From positions 1,728,001 through 1,792,000 of the forward strand of contig CM000154.2 in the NCBI GenBank assembly GCA_000004695.1: a stretch of 64,000 nt of DNA. Direction: 5' to 3'. The notes under the pieces were generated by a model. It worked only from the letters and a program-made list of their open reading frames with translations, did no database searches and was not told the origin of the DNA. Below are positions 12,020 through 24,787 of this stretch, one piece after another. The position numbers were made by a program, and so were the translations under genes. Source of the stretch: Dictyostelium discoideum. Taxonomy: Eukaryota. Positions within the stretch are counted from its first letter, which is position 1. Each line of letters opens with the position of its first letter.

Positions 12020-13216
12020 TTAATTGTTTGACCCATTTTTACCAAGGATAAAGGCTTTATGAGATGATTTTGTTACGATGAAATCATGATCGATTCTGAG
12101 ATCACCATTTTTAAAATTTGTCCAACCAATTGTTGATTGAACCACACTATAGGGTATTTCATATCTAAGTTTTGAATAAAGTTTCTCTTTAATTATTTCC
12201 TCTGCTCTAAAGAAATCACTTTGATTGGTTGATGTTTTATCAGTGAATTCCCATTGTCCAGGTTTTGCCTTGGTAAGTAAAAAGTTTGTAAGATCCTCCA
12301 CTCTAATATTTGAAGTGGCGGAAACTATAAATGTATCGGTAAAAATGTTACCTTCATTTAATTGAGATATCATTTGAACTAGAGTTTCCTTCTTTTTAAC
12401 CAAATCAACTTTATTTACCACCAATATGAATTCCTTCTCATCCAAACTATCATTCACTATTGCGCCCAATTCTTCATTGGAGGCGGTGGCAGCATTCGCT
12501 TTGGCATTGGTTTGTTCCATTCTCATTCTTTTAATTAAATTTAACATTTGTTCTTCCAATTTACCAACGATGAATTCTGTATCTGATGAATTATTATTAG
12601 TGGCATCAACAACCAATAAAACAATGTCAGCCTCTTTAACTACACCCCATGCTAAATTTACAAATTCACGTACATGTGCCATCCTATTGAAATTCTTTAT
12701 TATACCAGGTGTGTCGTGAAATAGAATTTGTGTATCATCTTTTGAGTAAATACCCAATACTGCATCTCTTGTGGTATGTTCGGTTGGTGATACTGCACAT
12801 ATCTTTTCACCAACTATTGAATTGACCAAGGTTGACTTTCCTGCATTGGGTGCTCCAATAATTGCAACATTCAATGTCTTGGCATTTTCATTGTGTATTG
12901 GTGTTTCCAATTGCATTGATTGTTCTGTGATATCTGGTGGTGTAATATTATAACTTCTAACAACACGTTTTCTTTTAATTGGTTGTGCTCTTTCTTCTCT
13001 AATCTTTTTATCTTGTTCCTCTAATATATTAATTTGATGTTGTATTGGATTAACATTTACACCATATCTTTTCATAATTGAATAATCTCTATAGAAACAT
13101 ATGTTTTTAAAATTATTTCCACTATTTATAATTATACCATCGGTTTTTAATATATTCCTTTTATTTAAAAAATTTTCATTTATTACTTTTAAAATTTTAT
13201 TTGAATTTCTTATCAT
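12020..13216 (-). CDS. Era-type GTPase (ERAL1-like, probably mitochondrial) with a C-terminal KH domain
   Basis: A 398-aa ORF with a real ATG at 13216. G1 'GAPNAGKSTLVNSIVG', G2 'TTRD', G3 'DTPGI' and G4 'NKVD' are all present. The C-terminal region 'LRYEIPYSVVQSTIGW...DHDFIVTKSSHKAFILGKNGS' is KH-like. The basic N-terminal extension is consistent with an organellar presequence. No intron is required. Confidence 0.85.
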   Translation of the reverse strand: MIRNSNKILKVINENFLNKRNILKTDGIIINSGNNFKNICFYRDYSIMKRYGVNVNPIQHQINILEEQDKKIREERAQPIKRKRVVRSYNITPPDITEQSMQLETPIHNENAKTLNVAIIGAPNAGKSTLVNSIVGEKICAVSPTEHTTRDAVLGIYSKDDTQILFHDTPGIIKNFNRMAHVREFVNLAWGVVKEADIVLLVVDATNNNSSDTEFIVGKLEEQMLNLIKRMRMEQTNAKANAATASNEELGAIVNDSLDEKEFILVVNKVDLVKKKETLVQMISQLNEGNIFTDTFIVSATSNIRVEDLTNFLLTKAKPGQWEFTDKTSTNQSDFFRAEEIIKEKLYSKLRYEIPYSVVQSTIGWTNFKNGDLRIDHDFIVTKSSHKAFILGKNGSNN

Positions 13217-14049
13217 TTCTTATTTTTTGGAAAAAAAAAAAAAAAATTATTATATATGTGTTTCGTTCGTTTTTATTTACATTTAAAAAAAAAAAAAAAA
13301 AAAAAAAAATAATAAAAATAAAATTCTTTTCAACTTTTTTTTTTTTTTTTTCAACTTTTTTTTTATTTTTTTCAACTTTTTTTTTTTTTTTTTGATCATT
13401 TTTTTTTTTTACAATTTATCAATAATAAATAATATTAATTTTTTTAGAATTATATGTAGACATTATTTAAACAATTCTGGGGTGATGCAATAAAAAATGG
13501 AATTAAAAATTTTTTTTAAAGAAAAAAAAGAGGGGGGCATAATGATGAAAAAAAAAAGATATCGTTTCGTCCATTGAAATTTCATTCTGTTTAGAGTTGA
13601 TTTTACTTTTTTTTTTTTTTTTTCTCTTTTATATTTTATATTTTCATTTATTTTATTTATTTTGATTATTTTTATTTATAAAAATCATTAATTTAAATTA
13701 AAAAATAAAAAAAAAAATAAAAAAATAATAAAATTAAAAAATAAAAAAAAATAAGAAATAAAAAAGATGATAGGCAGGTTGAATTTTCTAGTAAATGGAT
13801 AATCCTGATGAATTATGAGGATTAATCTTCTCACTGATGAAATGTCCTTTTTTTTTTTTTTTTATTTAAATAAATTTTTACTCCATTTTTTATTGTATTA
13901 TTGCTGAATTGTTTATTTCTTGTTTATTTTTGTTGCCTTCCCAACAACATATTTTTCTCATAATTAAAATATTATTTTTTATTTTTATTTTTTTTATTAT
14001 TTTATTTTTTGTTTTGTGTAGTTTTATTTTTGGGAAAATGGGTTGGGAG

Positions 14050-14092
<43 letters not shown>

Positions 14093-14237
14093 AATCAATA
14101 TTTTTTTTGTGATGACTTTTCCGATTTGGGAAGGGTGCTTTTACTGTAAAAAATTTGATTTTTATTTGATTTTTTTTGATTTTTTTTTTTTTTTTTTATG
14201 AGTGAGTTATTCAAAATTGTGGACTCCACATCAAAAA

Positions 14238-14269
<32 letters not shown>

Positions 14270-14632
14270 GTCTCCCAACCCATTTTTTTTTTTTCTGTCA
14301 CATAATATCAATTCTTTTCAAGGGTAGAGAATTTATTTAATTTATTTTCTATTTTTATTATATATATATATATATATTTTTTTTTTTTTTAATTAAAAAA
14401 ATAAATAAAATTGAATAGTAGCAAATTGTAGTACTTGTTGTGGTAATAATAATAATAAAAATAATAATTAATTAATAATAATAATAATAATAATAATTGT
14501 AGTTAATAATAGTAAAAGCAGTTAGATTATAGTAGTAATAGTAATATTATTACTAATAGTGGTATAAATTAATTTATAGTTTATCTTGCCATTAGACTTA
14601 TATCATCATTTATTACATCATTATTTTTTTTT

Positions 14633-14736
<104 letters not shown>

Positions 14737-14749
14737 TTTTTTTTAATAA

Positions 14750-15130
14750 AAAAAAAAAAAAAATTTCCCCCAAACCCCCAAAATTTGGGGGGGGGCCCCC
14801 ATTTTAAAAATTTCCCCCCCCCCCCCCCTTAAAAAAAAAAACCGGCCCAAAAGGGTTTAAAAAAAAGGGGTTAAAAAGGGTCTTATTAAGAATTGGTGAG
14901 GTAAAAAAAAAAGNNNNNNNNNNNNNNNNNNNNNNNNNNNNNNNNNNNNNNNNNNNNNNNNNNNNNNNNNNNNNNNNNNNNNNNNNNNNNNNNNNNNNNN
15001 NNNNNNNNNNNNNGGGGGGGGGGGAAAAGCCTGGGTGAAAAAAGGTGCCTTTATTTAAATCCCTATGATAAAAAATCTTTTTTGTGCCAATTGTGTTTGT
15101 TGATCCAACCCCCTGGGGGAAGTTTAATTT
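14750..15130. other. Low-quality/artefactual sequence flanking a 100-N gap (14914-15013): G/C homopolymer stutter embedded in poly(A)
   Basis: Strings such as 'ccccaaacccccaaaatttgggggggggcccccatttt...tttcccccccccccccctt' and 'ggggggggggggaaaagcctgggtgaaaaaaggtgcc' are unlike anything else in the window and sit directly next to the gap. They are preceded by a roughly 90-nt pure poly(A) run (14639-14730). Confidence 0.6.
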
Positions 15131-15240
15131 AATTTTAATTTTAATTTTGGTTTTTAATTTTTTTTTTTTTTTAATTTTTTTTTAATTTTAAATTTAATTT
15201 CCTTAATTAAATTAATTTTTTGGTTAAATTAATATCCCCC

Positions 15241-15271
<31 letters not shown>

Positions 15272-15468
15272 TAGATTGTGGGGTGCGTTAAAAAAATTTT
15301 CCTTTTGTTTTTTTTTTTTAATTCTTTCCATAATTTTTTTTTTTTTTTTTTTTTTAATTTTTTAATTTTTTTTAATATTATTATTTATATATTGTTGTTA
15401 TAACATAAAAATAAAAATAAAAATAAAAATAATAATATAATAATAAAATAAATAAATTATAATTGTAA

Positions 15469-15501
<33 letters not shown>

Positions 15502-16502
15502 TAATAATTATTTAATTTTTCATCATCAACATCACTATCAATCAAAAAGTAAATTATTTAAAAAATAAAGTTGGTTTGTGAGAAACTTTTTGGTGACAAT
15601 CAATTCTAAAATCCTCTCAACTATAAATAGAAAAAAGAGTGATACTTTTAACAACAATAATTCTCAAAAAAAAAAAAAAAAAAAAAAAAAATAATAATAA
15701 TAATAAAAATAAAAATAATAGTAATTATTAGTTTTTATTAAATGAATATATTTTCTTATATTCAAAGTTTGTGGTTCCTTAAAAAGTAAATTCTACCCAC
15801 CTTCACCTTCATTATTAATTATTAGTTTAGAATTAAAAAAAAAAAATAAAAAAATAAAAAGGATTTATATAACAAATCAATATAGGCCAATTTTCGATGT
15901 ATTAATTGACAAATTATCACTTTATCAATTTCGAATAAATTAAAATTTTTTTTTATTTAATTATTGTTTTTTTTATTTATTTATTTAATAATATTATTTT
16001 TTTAATTTATTTTTATTATTATTATTTTTTTTTTTTGCAATTCCAACAATATCATCATCGATTACACCACACACATTTTCAAACTTATACCCCCACACAA
16101 TTAATAATAATTATTATTTGGTTGATTAAAAAAAAAAAAAAAAAAAAAACAAAAAAAAAAAAAAAAAACTAACCAAAGACAAAAAAAAAATCCAAAATTA
16201 AAATTTTTATCTTGTTTATATGTTTTATAAATAACTAACGCAATATATATATATATATATATATAGATAACTTCCTTTTTTAAAATCAATTCAACCAAAA
16301 TAATATTATACTTTTTTAAAATCAAAACCAACAACCCCATTTTTATTTTTATTTTTTTTTTTATTTTATTTTTATTTTATTTAATTTTTTTAAAGTTGTT
16401 CAAAAATATATCTATTTTTATAACACAATCCATTTTTATTTTATTTTATTTTAAATTTTTTTTTTTTTTTTTTTTTTTTTTAATTATATTATTTTGCATA
16501 CT

Positions 16503-16554
<52 letters not shown>

Positions 16555-16821
16555 CATCATTTAAACAATCCATCTAATTATTTAATTTTATCTTTTTTCT
16601 TTTCTTTCTTTTTTTTTATTTCATAGAAATTTTTTAAAATAAAAAAAATTAAAAATTCATAAAAAAAGTCAATTTAATCAGTAAAAATAATATATAAAGA
16701 AAAATAAAAATAGAAATAAAAATAGAAATAAATAAATAAATAAAAAAAAAAAGAATTAAAAAGAAAAAAAAAAGAAAAGAAAAAAAAAAAAAAAGTATAT
16801 ATATAAAAAAAAATCAAAAAA

Positions 16822-17106
16822 ATGATTTTACAAGTCAGAGTTAAATTTCCATCAGATTATCCAGTTATTTATAAAACAATTAGGTTGGATAATTCATTAA
16901 CAGTGCAAGAGGCAATTTTAGCAATTGGTCAAGCAATTAATGTAACACCAGCTTCAGATTTGGGATTATATTTACCAGACGATCCAAAGCATTTAACAGA
17001 TACAGAATTACTTTCCTCATTTGAAAGTTTTAGTGATGCTCAATATATAGAATTAAAATCAAAGAAATCTAGTAAAAATAAAGATAGTTGCTGTACTATC
17101 ATGTAA
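16822..17106 (+). CDS. Small (94 aa) protein with a ubiquitin-like/Ras-binding-domain-like N-terminus and a C-terminal polybasic stretch plus Cys-Cys-aaX ('KSKKSSKNKDSCCTIM'), a predicted prenylated and palmitoylated membrane anchor
   Basis: A real ATG at 16822 sits in an A-rich leader. The ORF is a clean single exon in a gene-poor AT-rich stretch. The C-terminus ends in the CaaX box C-T-I-M preceded by a second Cys and a Lys/Ser-rich patch, like the Ras hypervariable region. The N-terminal 'ILQVRVKFPSDYPVIYKTIRLDNSLTVQEAILAI' has a beta-grasp-like alternation. Confidence 0.45.
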   Translation: MILQVRVKFPSDYPVIYKTIRLDNSLTVQEAILAIGQAINVTPASDLGLYLPDDPKHLTDTELLSSFESFSDAQYIELKSKKSSKNKDSCCTIM

Positions 17107-17324
17107 AATTTATAAATCTATATACTATATATATTCCCCAATTCTCTCACTCTCTTTCTCTAAATTCACACACACATACAAATATTTTTTTTCCACTTTT
17201 TTTTTTTTTTTTCCACTTTTTTTGGAAACAGAACTTGTTTCTATAATTTTTTTTTAAAAAAAAAAAAAAAAAAAAACAAAATATAATAATTCATTTACTA
17301 TTTATTTCTATAAAATACTAAAAG

Positions 17325-17367
<43 letters not shown>

Positions 17368-17651
17368 GTCCGATGTTTAATAAAAAAAAAAAAAAATTAA
17401 AAATTAAAAAAGAAAAAAAAATTGGTATTATAAATAAAATTAGAATTTTTTTTGATATAAACAAATTGAAACCTTTTTTTTTTTTTTTCCTTTTTTATTT
17501 CTTATATTCTATTTTTTTTTTTTTTTAAAGTTGAGTACTCAATAAAAAAAAAAAAAAGAAAGAAATTTTAAATATATGAATAAATAGGTTTTTTTTTTTT
17601 TATTTTATTTTATTTTTTTAAACCTTTTTTTTTTTTTTTATTTATTTTTTT

Positions 17652-19438
17652 TTAAATCTTTTTTGAAGGAGCAACTGGAATATAAGCACCAGCAATATTA
17701 AAAGGTTTTGAAGAAGAAGCAGCAACAGTTAAAGCATGGAAAGGACCACCTTCGAATGGTTCTTTAATACCTAAAGATTTAAAAGTATTTTTAATTAAAT
17801 CATCTAAAGTTGCATAATGAGTTTGACCGCCATGATGAATATAACCAGAGCCTTGTTTATAGATGACACGAGCATGAATGATTTCTTTGTTTTTATTTAA
17901 GTAAGAGATGGCGTATGAACCAGGGTCACTACTGAAACGAAGGATATAGGTACCAGTTTTCTTACCGGCTAAATATTGAGAGGCATTCTTTGAGCTAGTT
18001 GCAGCCATGAAACCTTTGATAGAACAAATGGAGTAAACTTTATCAAAGAATTCCCTACCGTTAGTCAATGGACCAACCCAAGTTAAAATCTTACCAAAGT
18101 TATCAATGGTCACCATATCACTATCAACTGGCACCAATAAAAGTTTTAAGAATTTAATTTTAATATCATCAGCGGATAAATTTGATTCGAAACCACAATA
18201 GAGTGAAAAGTTTACAATGAATGAATTCCAAGGTACCTCCTCCTTGCCCATATAGTATTGACTCCAAAATTGTCTAGCACTAGAGTCTAAAATCAAACCA
18301 TCGATTAAAATGGTTTCCAAGATTCTTTGTTTTGAGATTTCTGCGAATGATGGACGACGTGATGGATAGTGGTCCCAGCATCTTGCTAAAAGGTCCTTTA
18401 AACGAGTTGGGAAATAGTCTGGAATAATTGGACGATTCTTTTTATTGACCACACCTTCCACCAATTGTGGATAGGAGCTGTACAATTTATTGTATGGTTC
18501 TTGTTTGGTCAACAATTCCCAAAGGAGTATTGAGAATGAGAAAACATCGACTTTACCATCGTATGGTTGGTTGACCAACATCTCTGGTGCCATGTAAAGT
18601 GGTGAACCAGCTTGACCCAATAGTTTATCTTTAGAATCTGGTTTCATATACTTACTAAGACCGAAATCGGCCACCTTTACCACCCAATTTTGGTCGACCA
18701 ATAAATTTGCGGGCTTCAAATCCAAATGGAGAATATTTGATGCGTGTAACCATGTCATACCCAATACTGTGTCACGTGCTATTAAAATTGCACGTTTAAA
18801 AGTGATGAAATCTGATGTATCCTCTTTTGCACGTAACAATGAATGAACGGACCCTTTTGGCATTAACTCTGTCACAATTGATAGATCCTCTGGTGCTGTA
18901 CATGCACCCATAAATAAAAGTAAATGAGGATTACGTAATTTTGCCATTAAACTAACTTCCTTTTTAAATTCATTCATTGTATTCTCTTCAAATACTGTTT
19001 GTGTCAATTTCTTAATTGCAACTTCTTTACCCCTAACAATACCCTTATAGACTGATCCAAATGCTCCACTACCCAATTTGGCTTCACGATTATATGATAT
19101 TTCATTTCTATCGATTTCCCATCTAATTATCTCTTCTTCATCTCTATTCTTTGTTGAATCTGGTGATATAGTTGATGTTGAATCTTCTGTTAATGATCCA
19201 TTTAAAATTACACTTGAATAATTTTGATTACTATCACTTGAATTTGTATTATTACTATTATTATTATTATTATTAGGATTAATTCTAAATGATGAGATTT
19301 TTAATTGCTCCCATGCACTAATTATACTTGTATCATTTGGTTGTTTTTGTTCAACCAATAAATTTGTAATAATTTCTTGTCTATATCTTTCTAATGTTTG
19401 TATTTTTTCTGCTTTTAATTTTAAATCAATTAACTAAT

Positions 19439-19469
<31 letters not shown>

Positions 19470-19588
19470 GTGAATAGAAAATGAGAAAAAAAAAAAAAAA
19501 AAAAAAAAAAAATGGATGGAAAATAAAAAAAAAAAATAAAAAAATGTTAATTATATTTTTATTATTTTTATTATTATTATTATTATTA

Positions 19589-19670
<82 letters not shown>

Positions 19671-19854
19671 ATACAGATTCAGTAAATAATTTATTGATTA
19701 ATTCTCTTTCTTGAGCTGGATTTTGTGAATTAATTGCATTATCAACCAATGTACGAATTTCAAGTTCTTTAGAAGCTTGCTTTGATTCTAGTTGTTTAAC
19801 TTCTTCTGTTAATTGAAGAATGGAACTTTCAAGCTTTGAGATTTTATCGTTCAT
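17652..19854 (-). CDS. SH2 domain-containing dual-specificity protein kinase (Dictyostelium Shk family type); exons complement(join(17652..19433,19675..19854)); coordinates +/-1
   Basis: Exon 1 is 'MNDKISKLESSILQLTEEVKQLESKQASKELEIRTLVDNAINSQNPAQERELINKLFTES' (coiled coil) with ATG at 19854-19852 and a GTATGT donor at 19674. The roughly 240-nt intron is full of (AAT)n/poly(A), with a TAG acceptor at 19436-19434. Exon 2 continues 'LIDLKLKAEKIQTLERYRQEIITNLLVEQKQ...' into the 568-aa ORF. The kinase motifs 'HLDLKPANLLV' and 'VADFGLS' are present, and the C-terminal SH2 domain is 'WVGPLTNGREFF...GTYILRFSSDPGSYAISYL'. The ORF-track start at 19358 is a TTG codon inside exon 2. Confidence 0.7.
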
Positions 19855-20710
19855 TCTTCTTTTATTATTATTATTATTTTTTTTTTTTGTGGTGCTATAA
19901 TATAATATGGATTTATGAGTAAAGTGGTCCAATGAAAAAAAAAAAAAAAAAAGAAAAGGTGGAAAAAAATAAAGATAAACAATGGAAAACAAATATAAAA
20001 ATAAAAAAAAAAAAAGAAAAAATAAAAGATTATTTTTACACTCAAAAAAAAAAAAAAATCAGCAAAAAAAAAAAAAATAAAAAAAATAAAAAAAAAAAAT
20101 AAAATTAAAAAAAAATAAAATAAAAAAAAAAAAAAAAGTTGGATTCAACCAACAAAGTTTATGAAAAAAAAAAAAAACTTGAGAAAAAAATTAACTTATC
20201 TATGTTAAATTATTGTTATTACTTTCAATCTTATTTAAATATTGTTACTTATTAGTACTTTTTTTTTTTTATGTTTTTGAAATTTTTTATTTTTATTTTT
20301 AATTTTATTTATTTTTTTTTGAAAATAAAAACACACCAAAAAATGTTTACCCCTTTATAAATTTTTTTTTTGATAAATTTAGATAAAGATTTAATCAAAA
20401 AAAAAAAAAAAAAGTTAATTAAAATATCTTTTTTCATATCATTTTTTTTTTTTTTTCATTTTTTTTTTTCACAAATTAAAAATAGATATTTTTAATCAGG
20501 AAAAAAAAAGTAATCAAAATAAAATAAAAAAAATGATTACAAATATTTTTTCAAATTTACAAATTATAAAAACTCTTTAAACTATTAAATAAAAAAAAAA
20601 ATAAAAAAATAAAAAAATAGAATAGTTATTGATCTATTAAAGATTTTTTTTTTTAATAAAAAAATTTATTTATAAAGTACAAGAAAGATTTTAAAAAAGA
20701 AAATTAAAAA

Positions 20711-21538
20711 TTAAGGTCTGTACAATCCATCTTGAAAAGAATTTAATTGACTTAATTGATGTTGTCTTTGTTGTTGTAATAATTGTTGTTGTTGAAGGAA
20801 ATATTGTTGTTGGACTTGTTGTTGAGTTTGTCCTAAAAGGTTTTGTTGTTGTAATAATTGAAATTGTTGATTTTTAATTTGTTGATTAACTAAAGCATCA
20901 TTACTACCAATACCAATGCCACTAGTGTTTTGTTGAAATAATAATTGGGTCTCTAATTTCTTGATTTTTTCATCTTTTTCTTTATTTGATTTAATTAAGT
21001 CACTTAAAACTGTTCTTAGAGATAAATGGTAACAATTGATTTCATGTATTGAAACTTCTGATTTCGTAGATCTGAATGGACATAAAATATCTTGACCACT
21101 GCAATTAACAATTGCCATTGAACAATCGAATTTAATATGATGATCGAATTCGGATCGGGTGAATTTGGATCCACAACCTTCACAGTGCTGTGATTTACAT
21201 TGTTTGTCCAAATGCATTGATTTATATTCACCCCTTTTAATTGACGATACATCATCACATAATGTACATGTCACTAATGCTTCATTTAATTTATTTGATA
21301 CATACTTTGCTACGATTCCAATCGATGCCATTTGATTACATAATGGACAAATTGGTTTAACTGATATTGCATTATTTATACATTCCCTACAAAACATTTG
21401 ACCACATTGACTCTCCACAACTGGATCATTTAATACTTCTAAACAAATTGCACATTCTAATCCATTATCGATTTTCTCAGGTTCTAAATATTTAAATGTA
21501 ATATTATTATTTCCATTTTTATTAAAAGGATTATTCAT
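20711..21538 (-). CDS. RING-finger plus TRAF-type zinc-finger protein (TRAF-like E3 ligase) with a C-terminal coiled coil and poly-Q
   Basis: A 275-aa ORF with a real ATG. The C3HC4 RING is 'CAICLEVLNDPVVESQCGQMFCRECINNAISVKPICPLC'. A TRAF-type Cys/His-rich zinc finger follows ('CTLCDDVSS...HLDKQCKSQHCEGCGSKFTRSEFDHHIKFDC...VNCSGQDILCPF'), then 'KEKDEKIKKLETQL' and a Q-rich tail. Confidence 0.7.
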   Translation of the reverse strand: MNNPFNKNGNNNITFKYLEPEKIDNGLECAICLEVLNDPVVESQCGQMFCRECINNAISVKPICPLCNQMASIGIVAKYVSNKLNEALVTCTLCDDVSSIKRGEYKSMHLDKQCKSQHCEGCGSKFTRSEFDHHIKFDCSMAIVNCSGQDILCPFRSTKSEVSIHEINCYHLSLRTVLSDLIKSNKEKDEKIKKLETQLLFQQNTSGIGIGSNDALVNQQIKNQQFQLLQQQNLLGQTQQQVQQQYFLQQQQLLQQQRQHQLSQLNSFQDGLYRP

Positions 21539-22412
21539 TTCTTTTTTTTTTTTTTTAAAAAATTGAATATAAAAAATAAAATATTATTTTATTAGTAATG
21601 TAGGTTTTTTTTTTTTTTGAATTTTTAAAAATAAAAAATTAAAAAAATAAAAAAAATTTTAATTTAAATATTTTTTTTTTTTTTTTATTTTATTTCCTCT
21701 CATATATTCAAGTATCTGAATACTTTTCCTATTTTTATTTTTTTTAATTTAAAATTTTTTATTTTTTATTTTTTTTTTTTTTTATTTTTGGAAAAGGGTT
21801 GGAAATCAAAAAAATCAAAAATTGTTACTAAACTGTATCACTTCATAAAGTATAAATCATACATGTAAATTAAAATTGAAAAAAAAAAAAAAAAAATAAA
21901 AAAGAAAAAAAAAAAAATAAAAACAATTTTAAGAATTAAATAAAAAAAAATAAAAGAAAAAACCATCTTTTTAATCATCCACCATAATTATATTATTTAA
22001 AAAAAAAAAAAAAAAAATGAATTTAATATAAAATATTTATTTATTTTTGATCATTTTTATTCTTTAAAAGGAAAAGAAAAAAGAAAATTTAAAAGAAAAG
22101 AAATAAAAAAAATAAAAAAAAAATTTTAAACATTTCCAAAACAATCAAAATAGTTGAACTTCACTTTTTAATTTATTTTATTGTTTGTTGTTCATTTTAT
22201 TTTATTTTAATTTTTTTTAATTTTTTTTTTTTTTCATTTAATTTTTTTTTTAATTTTTTTTTTTTTTTAATTTTTTGCTCAACTTCACAAAAAAAAAAAA
22301 TTTCATTTATAACTTTTTTTAATTTTTTTTTTTTTTTTTCATTTATTATTCTTAGTATATATATATTTTTTTTTTAATATTTTAATTATTCACTTTATAC
22401 ATATAATAAAAA

Positions 22413-24480
22413 ATGGCTGATATTGAAATGTCCGAAGCATCAAAAACTCCAGTTGTTGCTGAAGAAGTTGTAGATCCAGTTCAAAAAGCTAATGAAGCAT
22501 CATTATTAACTTTTGCTGGTATGTTATATAAAAGAAATAAATAAATGAATAAATAAAAAATAAAAAATAATGATTAAATCAAAATATACTAATAAAAAAA
22601 AAAAAAAAAAAAAAAAAAATATTATTTAATAATTTTTTTTATTTATTCATTTATTTGTTTCTTTTATATACTGCATACAGATTTAAAAAAAAATATTGGA
22701 TTAATTGATAAAGGTGTAGATACAAAAGAAATGAGATTTATTATTAGTGTTCTTAGACAAACACAATCAATTAGAAAGAAATTAAACTATAAAGTTTTAA
22801 ATCAAATTGTTAATTTTGCATTCTCTCATCAAAATCATGCCACAAAGAAAAACTTTTTATTATCATTTTTAAAGGTAATTATTTAATAATCACTATTATT
22901 TATTATAAGTATTATTATTATTATTATTAGAGTGGTGAATTAACTTTTTTTTTTTTAATTTTTAATTTTTTAATTTTTTAATTTTTTTTTCATCAACCCC
23001 CAAAAAAAATAATTATAATCAATTATTAATAATAGTCTGATGGTAGTTCAATGGATATTGATTCTACTACACAAGCAGAAAAAGAAACTACACCATCATC
23101 ATCATCATCACATTTGAATATTGAAGTTGAAAGTTATATTCACCTTTTAGTATTAATATATTTAATTGATCAAAAAAAATATGAAGATGCAACCAAATGT
23201 TCATCAGCTCTTATGGAGACTGTTCAATCTAACACAAGAATTACTCTCTATCCATTATCATCAAAAATTTTCTTTTATTATAGTTTATCTTATGAAATGA
23301 CAAATAATCTTCATGAAGTTAGATCGTATGTATTTTTATTTATTTATTTTTTTTTTTTTAAAAAAAAAAAAAAAAGTTATTAATATAATTTTTTATTAAT
23401 TATTAATTATTAATTATTTTTTTTTTTTTAAAAAAAAAAAAAAAGAACATTATTATCAGCACTTCGTACAGCAACATTAAGACATAATGATGAAGGTCAA
23501 GCAACAATTATTAATTTATTATTGAGAAATTATTTAGAATATAATTTATTTGAACAAGCAGATAAATTATTGGCCAATACACAATTCCCAGAATCTGCAT
23601 CAAGCAATCAATTTGCACGTTATTTCTACTATCAAGGTAGAATTAGAGCCATTCAATTAGAGTATGCTGAATCATTTAAATTCCTCACACAAGCAATTAG
23701 AAAAGCACCACAAAACACTGCTGGTGGTTTCAGAAGAACTGTTTATAAACTTTTATCAATCGTTCAATTATTGATGGGTGAAATTCCAGAAAGAAATACT
23801 TTCTCACAAAAACAATTAAAAATTGCACTCAAACCATACTTTCATTTAACTGAAGCCGTTAGAGTTGGTGATTTAGGTTCTTTCAATCAAGCTTTGGAAC
23901 AAAATTCAGACATTTTCAAATCAGATCAAACTTTTACCCTTGTTCAAAGATTACGTTCAAATGTTATCAAAGCTGGACTTAAAAAATTAAATACTGCTTA
24001 CTCTAGAATCTCTTTCAATGATATTTGTACAAAATTAAAATTTGATGGTACTACTCAAGATATCATGTTTATTATTGCAAAGGTAAGCTAATTTTTATTT
24101 TTAATTTTAAAACTATTTTTTTAATTTTTTTTTTTTTTCCTAATATTTATATTTTTCTACTTTTTTAAAAAAAAAAAAAAAACTGTAAACAGACTATTAA
24201 AGATGGTGTTATTGATGCAACTATAAATTATGAAGGTGGTTACCTCCAAAGTAGAGAAAATATTGATGCTTATTCAACTCAAGAACCATTACATGCTTTC
24301 TCCAATAGAATTGATATTTGTTTAAAGATTCACAATGATTCCCTTAAAGCTATGAGATTCCATCCAGATTTAAATAAAGCTGAAACTGAAAAGATTGCTG
24401 AAGTAGCCAAAACTATTAAAGAAGAAATGGAAAGACAAGCTGAAGAAAGCTCTGATAATGAAGGTGATTCTGATTTTTAA
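22413..24480 (+). CDS. psmD3: 26S proteasome regulatory subunit Rpn3 (PSMD3) with PCI domain; 5 exons join(22413..22518,22681..22874,23036..23325,23446..24082,24193..24480)
   Basis: The protein begins '[36 protein letters not shown]' with a phase-1 GTATGT donor. Exon 2 is '[35 protein letters not shown]...SFLK|GTAATT'. Exon 3 is '[10 protein letters not shown]...HEVRS' with a phase-2 GTATGT donor. Exon 4 starts after an AG at 23444-23445 and contains the Rpn3 hallmark '[25 protein letters not shown]...[17 protein letters not shown]', then '...IIAK|GTAAGC'. Exon 5 is '[22 protein letters not shown]...' to TAA at 24478-24480. The total is about 504 aa, the typical Rpn3 size. Confidence 0.85.
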
Positions 24481-24787
24481 GTAAATAATAATAAAAAAAA
24501 AAAAAAAAAAAAAAAATTTATAAAAACATTGAATTAAATGTATTATACAATAATTTATAAATATTCAAAATTATATAAATAAATTAAATAAACTAAATAA
24601 ACTAATATAAAAAAAACTAAAAAAAAAAAAAATGTTTTCTTAACTATTTTTTTTCCAAAGTATGTTTGTTGGTAATATATCCAAGAATAAAAAATTAGGA
24701 AAAAAAAACATATATATATTTTTTTAAGTGACAACTAACGACAAAACAAAGCCATTTTTTTTATTTAATTTATTTTTAGAGAATGGT

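Noticed and set aside
286-13216. The possibility that the bacterial-like HslU and Era genes represent bacterial contamination or recent HGT
   Set aside because: Both have about 25% GC Dictyostelium codon usage, N/T-rich low-complexity insertions, presequence-like N-termini and are embedded between intron-containing eukaryotic genes; they are consistent with ancestral mitochondrial-targeted nuclear genes.
13909-14301. Short ORFs around long poly(A)/poly(T) runs (13909-14112, 14095-14301, 13101-13395)
   Set aside because: They encode poly-K/poly-F and lie in intergenic homopolymer tracts next to the gap; no coding signal.
21016-21258. An 80-aa minus-strand ORF overlapping the RING/TRAF gene in another frame
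   Set aside because: It lies entirely within the well-supported 20711-21538 CDS, has no domain, and is a frame artefact.
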